Shown in pieces: positions 9,327 through 17,745 of a stretch of 64,000 nucleotides of DNA (positions within the stretch are counted from its first letter, which is position 1; each line of letters begins with the position of its first letter). The notes beneath the pieces were generated by a model that was not told the origin of the DNA, did no database searches, and worked only from the letters and a program-made list of their open reading frames with translations. The DNA lies in the NCBI GenBank assembly GCA_964361095.1, contig CAYHZA010000003.1:31773-95772 (forward strand), read 5' to 3'. Position numbers and translations under genes: made by a program. Source of the stretch: an uncultured Candidatus Saccharibacteria bacterium (GTDB lineage: Bacteria > Patescibacteriota > Minisyncoccia > UBA6257 > 2-01-FULL-56-20).

Positions 9327-12104
9327 ATGCCAGAAACTCTCGAACCCCATTACGACCACCTGAAGACCGAAGAAAAAATCTACCGACTCTGGGAAGGGTC
9401 GGGGTACTTTTCACCGGACAAACTTCCGTCAAAGAAAACCGCAAAGCCGTTTACGGTCATGATGCCCCCGCCGAACGCGAACGGCTCACTCCATATCGGA
9501 CATGCGGTGGGCATCACTCTTCAAGACGTTATGGCGCGCTTCGCGCGTATGCGCGGGAAAAAGACTCTTTGGCTTCCCGGCGCCGATCATGCCGGATTTG
9601 AAACACAGGTTGTATTCGATAAAAAACTCGAGAAGGAAGGACGCAACTCCGACGCGTTGCACGGTCGGAGCTCCGACACCGAAGGTCGTCGGAGCCGCTT
9701 CACGATGAGCCGCGAAGAATTATGGAAAGAAATTTGGGACTTTACGCAGACAAATAAAAAAGTGATGGAAAACCAGCTCCGCAAGCTTGGCGCTTCCTGC
9801 GACTGGTCCCGCGAGAAATTCACGCTCGATCCGGACATCATAAAAACCGTCTACGAAACATTCGAGAGGCTCTACAAGGACGGACTCGCCTATCGTGACC
9901 TCCGCGTCGTGAATTGGTGCCCTAAACATCGCACGGCTCTTTCGGACTTGGAGGTAAAATATATTGAACGCGAAGATCCCCTCTATTACATAAAATATGG
10001 ACCACTCACGCTCGCGACCGTCCGACCCGAAACAAAATTCGGGGACACCGCGCTCGCGGTAAATCCGAAAGACAAGCGGTATCAAAAATATATTGGGAAA
10101 GTTATCGAAGCGCGGGGTATTTTGGGACCTTTGAAATTCAAGGTGATTGCAGACGACGCGATAGACCCAAAGTTCGGCACGGGAGTGGTCAAGGTAACTC
10201 CCGCGCACGACCCTCTGGACTTTGAGATTTGGCAACGACACAAGAACGAAATCTCGGGACCAAAAGTTATCATAGACGAATCCGGCCGCTTAACCGGCGA
10301 GGTTGGCGAATTCAAAGGGCTCAAAGTTTCCGAGGCGCGACAAAAAGTTTCGGAAGCAATGGAAAAAATTGGCATCTTGGAAAAAACGGATTCGCACTAC
10401 AAACACCAAGTGGCAACGTGCTACAAGTGCGGAAATATATTAGAACCGCTTCCTAAGCCGCAGTGGTTCATTCGGATGACGGAGAAACCGAGACAAGTAT
10501 CAAGTGACAAGCGTCAAGCTTCAGGAAAGTCGCTTCGCGACCTCGGAATTGATGCTGTAAAGAGCGGAAAAATAAAGATTTATCCGAAAAGAACCGAGAA
10601 GGTATATATGCACTGGCTCAAGAATATCCGCGACTGGAACATCTCGCGGCAGATCGTCTGGGGCATCCGGATTCCGGCGTGGTTTAGAGAAATATCAAAT
10701 ATCAAAGATCAAAGATCAAAGATATGGGACTTGAAAATTTACGATGGAAGGAAAACGTTTGAGGCACTAAAGAACGGTAAAAAACGCGTTGAGACTCGCG
10801 CCGGGAAACCCCAAGGAGCAGAAAAAGACTGGCGAAGTTTTAAGATAGGAGATGTAATTAACTTTTCGCTTGTTGAAGAGGGAACGGAACGCATTTTGTC
10901 TAACGAAGTTATTACGAAAGAAATAGTTTCTATTCACCATTTCCGAACGATTGACGAGTTACTATCAAAATTTGATGTAAATGAAATCCATCCCTATCAT
11001 CCGACCGAATATCGCAGCTGGTGGGAAAGCCGTCCTATCTTTAAAAAACGTATAAAAAAATATGGCATCTGGGCATTTGAACTCCAAGACGTCAATGAAA
11101 AAACTCAAGAAATATATGTCGGCATAGCTCCTCCTTCCGGCGAGGGTTGGGTTCAAGACCCCGACGTCTTCGACACGTGGTTCTCTTCGGGCCAGTGGCC
11201 GTTTGCTACTCTTCTTGCGAACAAGAAGGGTGACACGAGACATGTGACACGAGACATGAGAAGAAAATCAGATTTTGAGGAATTCTATCCAACCGACGTG
11301 ATGGCAACCGGCTACGATATCCTCTTCTTTTGGGTGGCGCGAATGGTGATGCTCGGCCTTTACCGCACCGACAAAGTCCCCTTTAAAAACGTCTATTTGC
11401 ACGGGCTTGTGCGCGACAAGGACCGGCAGAAAATGTCCAAATCAAAAGGGAACGTCGTGGATCCTTTGGGCGTTGCCGAAATGTATGGCGCAGACGCCCT
11501 ACGAATGGCGCTTGTGGTCGGAAACACGCCCGGAAACGACATCGCAATATCCGAAGACAAGATTCGCGGTTATCGAAATTTTGCGACCAAAATCTGGAAT
11601 GCAAGCCGGTTTGTGCTCATGAATCGGCCAAGCAAAATGCCAAAAATCATAAAACTCTCCGCCGAAGACAAAAAAAACATCGCAGGAGTGATAAAAGCGA
11701 AAGCGGCCGTCGCGAAATATATCGAGAAATTTGAATTTCATCTCGCCGCGGAAAAGGCGTACCACTATTTTTGGCACACGTTCGCGGATAAGATCATCGA
11801 AAGCTACAAGCCGCGGCTTCGAGGAGAAGAATTTTTTGCTTCTGGCGCGGCTATGAGGCCGAGCGGGCATGGTTTGCCGCAAAGCGGCGAGAGCGAGGCC
11901 GAATCGCCAGTGAACATCCACGCTAGGGATGTGAACGGTAGCCAAAAACAAAAAATTCTTGCCGACCAGCTTGCCGCTTATCATACCCTTGAAACAATCC
12001 TTCTCGAATCCTTGAAGATGCTCCACCCCTTTATGCCATTCGTAAGCGAAGAAATCTATGGGAAGCTCAACCCCGGGAAACTCCTCATTATCGAGAAGTG
12101 GTAA
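9327..12104 (+). CDS. valS: valyl-tRNA ligase with several insertions, lacking the C-terminal coiled coil
   Basis: PPPNANGSLHIGHA, DWNISRQIVWG, DVFDTWFSS, KMSKS. Confidence 0.97.
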   Translation: MPETLEPHYDHLKTEEKIYRLWEGSGYFSPDKLPSKKTAKPFTVMMPPPNANGSLHIGHAVGITLQDVMARFARMRGKKTLWLPGADHAGFETQVVFDKKLEKEGRNSDALHGRSSDTEGRRSRFTMSREELWKEIWDFTQTNKKVMENQLRKLGASCDWSREKFTLDPDIIKTVYETFERLYKDGLAYRDLRVVNWCPKHRTALSDLEVKYIEREDPLYYIKYGPLTLATVRPETKFGDTALAVNPKDKRYQKYIGKVIEARGILGPLKFKVIADDAIDPKFGTGVVKVTPAHDPLDFEIWQRHKNEISGPKVIIDESGRLTGEVGEFKGLKVSEARQKVSEAMEKIGILEKTDSHYKHQVATCYKCGNILEPLPKPQWFIRMTEKPRQVSSDKRQASGKSLRDLGIDAVKSGKIKIYPKRTEKVYMHWLKNIRDWNISRQIVWGIRIPAWFREISNIKDQRSKIWDLKIYDGRKTFEALKNGKKRVETRAGKPQGAEKDWRSFKIGDVINFSLVEEGTERILSNEVITKEIVSIHHFRTIDELLSKFDVNEIHPYHPTEYRSWWESRPIFKKRIKKYGIWAFELQDVNEKTQEIYVGIAPPSGEGWVQDPDVFDTWFSSGQWPFATLLANKKGDTRHVTRDMRRKSDFEEFYPTDVMATGYDILFFWVARMVMLGLYRTDKVPFKNVYLHGLVRDKDRQKMSKSKGNVVDPLGVAEMYGADALRMALVVGNTPGNDIAISEDKIRGYRNFATKIWNASRFVLMNRPSKMPKIIKLSAEDKKNIAGVIKAKAAVAKYIEKFEFHLAAEKAYHYFWHTFADKIIESYKPRLRGEEFFASGAAMRPSGHGLPQSGESEAESPVNIHARDVNGSQKQKILADQLAAYHTLETILLESLKMLHPFMPFVSEEIYGKLNPGKLLIIEKW
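11827..11960 (+). repeat. structured repeat (family A), in-frame within valS
   Basis: 20-nt imperfect terminal IR; core motifs shared with 38750-39005. Confidence 0.8.
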
Positions 12105-12130
12105 TGCGGAATTGGTATAATGAATAAGCG

Positions 12131-12832
12131 ATGAATATATTTACGCTTGTTCTTGCTTTTCTTCCGGGGTTCGCCTGGTTGTTTTTTTATCTCCAAGAAG
12201 ACCTTCACCCCGAACCGAAACGGCTCATTCTTAAAACATTTATTCTGGGCGGCATATTTGCACTTATAGCCCTCGTCACTGAACTACTCTTCGACTGTGG
12301 CGCAAACCAATTTCAAAACTGCCTTACCCAAAAAACGGACATTCGAAACGTCATTCTCCCTTCGCTTATTATTTTTTCATTGATAGAAGAATTTTTTAAA
12401 TTCGGCGCCGCGTATTTTTCGATACACAAAGATCCCGCTTTTAACGAGCCGGTAGATGCAATGATATACGCGATTGTTGCCGCTTTGGGATTCGCGACTG
12501 TGGAAAACTTAGGCGCGTTAAGTCTTGGGAACGGCGCCCAAACAGGACTTTTAAGTAACGCACTAGAGATTGCCTCGCTCCGTTTCGTGGGCGCGACACT
12601 GCTTCATTCCTTAACATCGGGCATCATCGGCTACTACTGGGCGGTGAGTATTCGCGACTTTGGAGAAAAACGGTTTATTGTTATGGGTATCGCCATCGCG
12701 ACCGGTTTGCACGCTTTCTTCAACTACCTTATAATAAATTACTGGAACGGGTTTTATCCGATTCTCCTCGTCGTCATTATAGGATTTTTCGTGTTGAACG
12801 ACTTCGAAAATCTCAAACGCAAAAAAATTTAA
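12131..12832 (+). CDS. prsW: PrsW-family intramembrane protease
   Basis: EEFFK, LGFATVEN, LLH, GLHAFFN motifs. Confidence 0.9.
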   Translation: MNIFTLVLAFLPGFAWLFFYLQEDLHPEPKRLILKTFILGGIFALIALVTELLFDCGANQFQNCLTQKTDIRNVILPSLIIFSLIEEFFKFGAAYFSIHKDPAFNEPVDAMIYAIVAALGFATVENLGALSLGNGAQTGLLSNALEIASLRFVGATLLHSLTSGIIGYYWAVSIRDFGEKRFIVMGIAIATGLHAFFNYLIINYWNGFYPILLVVIIGFFVLNDFENLKRKKI

Positions 12833-12861
12833 AAAGGTCAAAGTAACTATATTAATTTATT

Positions 12862-13359
12862 ATGGAAAACTCGGAAGAAACATTTTTTGAAAAATTAGCC
12901 GACGAACGCCTGAATCCGAACCACGAAGATTATTTTAAGGTAGAACTCGCGAAAGCCGGTGGTAACGTCGTAAGTGAACCGAAAGTTAAGGCGCAGAGCA
13001 AGGCAGAGCAAGAAATCGAAAGCGAAGTAGAGGGACAGCTTACTGTTGACGTCTACCAAACGCCAAACGAAATTATCGTGGAATCGGCGGTGGCCGGCGT
13101 GGAACCGGAGAACATCGACATCAATGTCACGAACGACTCCATCGCCATAAAAGGCAAGCGTCATCGCGAGAAACAAGTTAAGGAAGAAGATTATTTCTAC
13201 CAGGAATGCTACTGGGGAAAATTTTCCCGCTCGGTAATACTCCCCCAAGAAGTAGACGCGGAAAACTCCTACGCCAGCTTCAAAAACGGGATTCTGGCGG
13301 TCCATATGCCAAAGCTAAATCGGCAAAAAACGAAAAAACTAAAAGTGAAGCTCGAATAG
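12862..13359 (+). CDS. Hsp20/alpha-crystallin small heat-shock protein
   Basis: VDVYQT...ECYWGKFSRSVILP...ASFKNGIL. Confidence 0.92.
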   Translation: MENSEETFFEKLADERLNPNHEDYFKVELAKAGGNVVSEPKVKAQSKAEQEIESEVEGQLTVDVYQTPNEIIVESAVAGVEPENIDINVTNDSIAIKGKRHREKQVKEEDYFYQECYWGKFSRSVILPQEVDAENSYASFKNGILAVHMPKLNRQKTKKLKVKLE

Positions 13360-13417
13360 AGGTGCCTCAAAAAACGAATTGCAAAACAATTCGTTTTTTG
13401 TTATCATAAGAGCCATT

Positions 13418-13600
13418 ATGCGACAATGTAAAATCTGCGGGAAAGGTTCGATTATCCGAGGCAAACGCCGACTCCTGCGCGGACACTACAATCCGACATC
13501 CCAGTCAAGAAAATATCCCAACCTCCAGTGGGTTAAAATTAACGGCGTGCGAAAAATGGCTTGCACGGCGTGTATAAAAAACCGTGCTAAGAAAGCTTAG
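13418..13600 (+). CDS. rpmB: 50S ribosomal protein L28
   Basis: MRQCKICGKG...PNLQW...CTACIK. Confidence 0.9.
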   Translation: MRQCKICGKGSIIRGKRRLLRGHYNPTSQSRKYPNLQWVKINGVRKMACTACIKNRAKKA

Positions 13601-13645
13601 CGATTCCCTGTTTCTTTTTATAATCAAAAATACTCAAGGTTTTGA

Positions 13646-14003
13646 CGGGCTGTAGCCCCGACGCGCTAATTTTCATAGAATAATGAGGTCGGGGTCCCAA
13701 CCTTGGCGTCGGGATATACCGGTAGTACCCCAGTAGCAGAGCAAAGTTCGCTACGGGGCAGGCGCACTATTGGCCAAACACCAAATCGAGCACATTACAA
13801 TCGGGGTGTAGTATAGTGGTAGTACGCAAGGCTGGGGGTCTTGTAGTGGGAGTTCGATTCTCCCCACCCCGACTAATACAACAGGTGCTCGATTGGTAGC
13901 GGGGTAAAGGTGCATGCCAGCCCAGTAGCGATCCGCCGGTTGGCGGATTTGTTACTGGGGTAGACCGGGTTCTCCGCCAGCTGGCGGACCGGCAGCCCGA
14001 CCA
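13646..14003 (+). pseudogene. fragmented tRNA-Pro-like gene (probably TGG), interrupted by hairpin inserts and a nested tRNA
   Basis: Acceptor CGGGCTG (13646) / CAGCCCG-A-CCA (13993-14003); D-arm, anticodon-arm and T-arm pieces are separated by palindromes. Confidence 0.7.
13802..13872 (+). tRNA. tRNA-Pro(GGG)
   Basis: Full cloverleaf: CGGGGTG/CACCCCG, anticodon loop CT-GGG-GG, GGGAG-TTCGATT-CTCCC; no encoded CCA. Confidence 0.93.
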
Positions 14004-14016
14004 GCTTCAGTTTTCA

Positions 14017-14121
14017 CTTCCCGAGAACCGCGGTCCGTCCGCTCCTGCGGCGGCCACCCGTTGCCTCCAACGGCTCCTTTGAATACCAAGCTCACAACGC
14101 CTCCGAGAGCTTCTTGGGAAG
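14017..14121. repeat. structured repeat (family B)
   Basis: Terminal IR CTTCCCGAGAA/TTCTTGGGAAG; 14081-14109 matches 38883-38911 at 25/29. Confidence 0.65.
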
Positions 14122-14288
14122 CAAAAACTTACGCGACTAAACCAATAGAGAGTCGAAATTATCCTTAAAATAAGCCAATTTTTGTTGAACGCTTTTTAGC
14201 TCGGTTTCCATATTTTGGACAAAAGTTCGCGATGATTCGAAGCCATTTTATAGATGCCCCATAGGGCTTTTTATTTTGCGGCAAGCAC

Positions 14289-14317
14289 TTGACTTGTGAC
14301 AGGAAATAAACTATAAT
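14289..14317 (+). promoter_or_regulatory. sigma70 promoter
   Basis: TTGACT-17-TATAAT. Confidence 0.7.
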
Positions 14318-14365
14318 ATGAATAGGATTTATCGAACCTTGAAAACCTAGACTGGAGGTGATCAC

Positions 14366-15379
14366 GTGAAGCGAACTAAGACTCTGCTTCGAGTGTTGTT
14401 GTCCCTTCTCATCTTAGAGTCCGCGTTCGCAATTCACGAATACGGTCATCTAAGAGAGTTCCAGAAACGAGGCGTCCCTGTTAAAGAGTTTTCTCTGGGG
14501 ATTGGTCCTCGACTGTATCAATACCAAACCGATTCTTCGCTCACTATAAGTTTCCGGCTCATACCGATAATGGCGTATGTAGCACCAACGGAAGAGGGCG
14601 GAAACTTATTCAGGAAGCAAGGAACGCTTTGGGACAAAGTCGCTGTTGACGCAGCGGGAGTACGGAATAACTTCTTGGTTGGTTTGGCCATCGTGTTTTT
14701 TATGCAGGTTCTTGGTTGGAAAAAAGGAAATCTATCCATAAAGGAACTCACAGGAACAGCGGCGGTTACGCCTTTCAAGATTTTACTCCGCTTCATCGCG
14801 TTTCTCGTCGGCTGTGTAACATGGGGTCGCGTCAACCTGGCGGAGAGGTTTCTTCTTTCCACAGGGGGCATTGATCCGCCTAAACCGCTCAAGTCGTTCA
14901 TCCTTTGGAACTTGACGCTTGGTTTTCTCAACCTTGCACCAATTCCTCCCCTTGACGGCGGTCACGTACTAGAAGCTATCCTGTTCTCGATAGGAGCTAA
15001 CATCCACATACCAGAGATTCCGAAATTCGTGGGTGTCATCCTGTTTGCGGCATACTACGCGACTGCTGGCAATCAGGATATGCGCGTACTCGAGGTTGAG
15101 GTAAAAAAGAAATCTACTACTGTGTTCAACGTGAGTAAAAAAAGAAGCGAGTCGAGAGAGACGATTAGTCGTCGAGAAGAAGTCGAAACGCAGATTGCTT
15201 TTTGTCCTCTCATCTCGGCTCGAACCAACAACGTTCTCAATCGCGCCGGCATCTATACAATTGCCGACTTACGGAAATTCACCGCGGCACAGTTACTAGA
15301 AATCAAAGGTTTCGGTCCAAAATCTCTTGCGGAAGTTGAGACGCTTCTGTCTCAAAGAGATTTGCACCTAAAGCCGTAA
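14366..15379 (+). CDS. M50/site-2 metalloprotease fused to a C-terminal RNAP alpha-CTD-like domain
   Basis: HEYGH, EFSLGIGP, NLAPIPPLDGGH; C-terminus ISARTNNVLNRAGIYTIADL...LLEIKGFGPKSLAEV. Confidence 0.88.
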   Translation: MKRTKTLLRVLLSLLILESAFAIHEYGHLREFQKRGVPVKEFSLGIGPRLYQYQTDSSLTISFRLIPIMAYVAPTEEGGNLFRKQGTLWDKVAVDAAGVRNNFLVGLAIVFFMQVLGWKKGNLSIKELTGTAAVTPFKILLRFIAFLVGCVTWGRVNLAERFLLSTGGIDPPKPLKSFILWNLTLGFLNLAPIPPLDGGHVLEAILFSIGANIHIPEIPKFVGVILFAAYYATAGNQDMRVLEVEVKKKSTTVFNVSKKRSESRETISRREEVETQIAFCPLISARTNNVLNRAGIYTIADLRKFTAAQLLEIKGFGPKSLAEVETLLSQRDLHLKP

Positions 15380-15503
15380 GTACGATCATCCGAGTCCATT
15401 AGTTCAAAGGTATGTATAGAGAAATCTATACATACCTTTTTTCTTTTTAAAATATCGAAGAACCCGGACTCTGCATTTATTCAAAATCTAAACCAAACTA
15501 AAA

Positions 15504-15524
15504 ATCGCCACGAGAAATGGCGAT
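15504..15524 (-). terminator. intrinsic terminator downstream of the candidate ncRNA
   Basis: ATCGCCA/TGGCGAT hairpin followed by a T-run on the minus strand. Confidence 0.6.
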
Positions 15525-15528
15525 CTTT

Positions 15529-15651
15529 GGGATCTCGCTCAGATATCCCGGAAGTAAATCCAGGTGGGTGGGCTCAATCACGATCCCAAGGGACCGGATA
15601 ATTCGCCCTCCCAATTAAAATTATTTGATCCGAAATCTGAGGCGAGATCCC
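15529..15651 (-). ncRNA. candidate 6S-like RNA
   Basis: Rod structure with a closing stem and central bubble; own promoter TTGCAC-17-TATCAT (15684-15656) and terminator. Confidence 0.6.
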
Positions 15652-15687
15652 TTTTATGATACGAACTATCGAAAACTTGTGCAAATC

Positions 15688-16140
15688 CTACATCGTTATA
15701 GAAACCCTTCGAAATTGAAAGAGTTTCCTTGTGAATACAACAATTGAACCCCCCACAAAATCATTGAATAAATCCCCCATCGTATCGGCAAGTCCCTGTT
15801 GGGCGTACGCGAAAGGATGCTTTCCGGCGATGAAGACATCGAAGAGATACTCATAAAATTCCCAAAACACGCCGACAAGCATTACGAATCCAAGCGTAAG
15901 ACACACTACCATCAGAAATTGTTTTCTTGAACCGGCAGATGACGAAAATATTTTCCAATAATCTTCCGCGATATAGAAAAAAAGAAGCGCTACCCAAGCA
16001 CCTCCAAAAAGATGCAAGGGAATATCATACCACCACACCGAAACGTAAAGTCCTTCAAAAACACCTATAAGATGCGCGAGGATGATAAGTAACCAACTTG
16101 CAATGACAACACGAAACTTTGTGTTTACACGAAGGATCAT
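15688..16140 (-). CDS. membrane protein (DUF2238/VanZ-like)
   Basis: WYDIPLHLFGG, WEFYEY, DTMGDL. Confidence 0.75.
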   Translation of the reverse strand: MILRVNTKFRVVIASWLLIILAHLIGVFEGLYVSVWWYDIPLHLFGGAWVALLFFYIAEDYWKIFSSSAGSRKQFLMVVCLTLGFVMLVGVFWEFYEYLFDVFIAGKHPFAYAQQGLADTMGDLFNDFVGGSIVVFTRKLFQFRRVSITM

Positions 16141-16225
16141 AGGATAATAGTAACTCTCATCATCTCGCCCAGTAAGGCGCGATTTTTACTCTTTAAGACA
16201 AAAATCTATCGCTTCGCCCATTTTG

Positions 16226-16330
16226 GGTCGCGACTCTCGTCGCTCTTTAAAACCCATCGGTTTTAATATTTCCCTGCCTGACGGCCGGCAGGCGCAACGG
16301 GAAAACTCCCGTTTTCCCGACCCTTTTCCC
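16226..16330 (+). repeat. repeat family C (diverged copy) with a nested CCTGCC..GGCAGG palindrome
   Basis: CGGGAAAACTCCCGTTTTCCCGACCC is identical to the reverse complement in 40822-40923. Confidence 0.75.
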
Positions 16331-16348
16331 ACCACAGTTGTGGCCAAA

Positions 16349-16807
16349 CTAACGTTTGGCCCACTGTGGTGCCCTGCGGGCTTTTTTCAAACCATATTTC
16401 TTTCTTTCTACCATACGGGAATCCCGAGTCAAAAAACCAAGCTGACGGAGTCGCTTTTTAAATTCCGGTTCAACAATGGTAAGCGCTCGCGCAAGCCCGT
16501 GGCGTACCGCCTCGGCTTGAGCCATTACTCCTCCACCGCGAACTTGAGCGCTTACAGAAAATTTACCCTCGAGCTTTAGATCATCAATCGGTTGACGCGC
16601 AACATTGGACAATCTTCCCAAGGGAAAATAATCCTTTAAGGATTTCTCATTGACCACGAAATGGCTTCCGCCCGGTGTAATACGCACTCGCGCGACCGCG
16701 GTCTTTCGACCTCCCACCGCCTCAACATAACGACCGCCTGCCGTTTTGTGCTCTTTGTCCGCCAGCTGGCGGATTGAACTTTTTTCTTCCGATTGTTTTT
16801 TTACCAT
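16349..16807 (-). CDS. rpsI: 30S ribosomal protein S9
   Basis: GGRKTAVARV, ERKKYGLKKARRAPQWAKR. Confidence 0.97.
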   Translation of the reverse strand: MVKKQSEEKSSIRQLADKEHKTAGGRYVEAVGGRKTAVARVRITPGGSHFVVNEKSLKDYFPLGRLSNVARQPIDDLKLEGKFSVSAQVRGGGVMAQAEAVRHGLARALTIVEPEFKKRLRQLGFLTRDSRMVERKKYGLKKARRAPQWAKR

Positions 16808-16819
16808 AGTGGGGTTGTA

Positions 16820-17173
16820 TTATTCCTTCGTGCTATTCACGAACACCAGTTTCTTTAAACGACGCTGATTCAAAAAATTCTTCGGCAACATACGGCGCAC
16901 GCTTTCCCGAAGCACACGCTTTGGATCCTTGGCAAACGCTTCCTCAAAACGGCGGGTCTTCAAATGCCCCATGTAACCGGTATGTCTATGATACAACTTT
17001 TCGGTAAATTTCCGCCCCGAAACCGTAATCTCTCCCACATTCGTGACAATAACTCTATCGATTCCAACTTCTTTGGGATCATAATGGGGGCTCTTCTTCC
17101 CCTGAAGAATATGGGCAATCTCGGTAGCCAAGCGCCCAAGTCTTTTATTTTTTGCATCAATGAGGTAATCCAT
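16820..17173 (-). CDS. rplM: 50S ribosomal protein L13
   Basis: IDAKNKRLGRLA, HTGYMGHLK, RMLPKN. Confidence 0.96.
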   Translation of the reverse strand: MDYLIDAKNKRLGRLATEIAHILQGKKSPHYDPKEVGIDRVIVTNVGEITVSGRKFTEKLYHRHTGYMGHLKTRRFEEAFAKDPKRVLRESVRRMLPKNFLNQRRLKKLVFVNSTKE

Positions 17174-17175
17174 GA

Positions 17176-17532
17176 TTAACGGACAAATTCAATAACGGCG
17201 AGAGATGCGCCGCTTCTTTTTTGGGCTTTCATAGTCTTTATTATCCTTAAATATCCGCCATTCCGATCTTTGTAGCGAGGAGCTATCTCTTCATAAAGTT
17301 TATGTACCACCGTGGCGTTGTGAAGGCGCGCAAGTAACAATCGGCGACTTGCTAATGTTTGCTTCTTCGCATGCGTCACAAGACATTCCACGATAGGACG
17401 TATGGCTTTGGCGCGAGATTCGGTCGTTTCAATGCGCTCGGCCCGAATCAAATCGGATGCCAAGTTTCGTAAAAACGATCTGCGTCTCCCTGACGTTCTG
17501 TGAAATTTTTTTCCTTTCTTTGCGTGACGCAT
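17176..17532 (-). CDS. rplQ: 50S ribosomal protein L17
   Basis: MRH...IETTESRAK...RNGGYLRIIK. Confidence 0.96.
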   Translation of the reverse strand: MRHAKKGKKFHRTSGRRRSFLRNLASDLIRAERIETTESRAKAIRPIVECLVTHAKKQTLASRRLLLARLHNATVVHKLYEEIAPRYKDRNGGYLRIIKTMKAQKRSGASLAVIEFVR

Positions 17533-17745
17533 GCCAGTGTTGTCTAAATATTCAAGCTACCGTGTGGCGAAGAACATTGAGCCACAACAGTGAGCATCCA
17601 GCCCCACTTTTGAGAGAGGCGGTAAATCGACGTTTTAATTATAATGGCAGAAATTTTCATTGTTTTTATTTATCTACGATAACATAAAAAAGTGGGGCTG
17701 GGTAAGGTTTTGTTCATAAATTTCTTCAAAATTTATACAAAGCCC
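17533..17745. repeat. repeat family D, in the rpoA-rplQ intergenic region
   Basis: IR CCAGCCCCACTTTT/AAAAGTGGGGCTGG; last 59 nt are 58/59 identical to 20223-20281. Confidence 0.85.
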
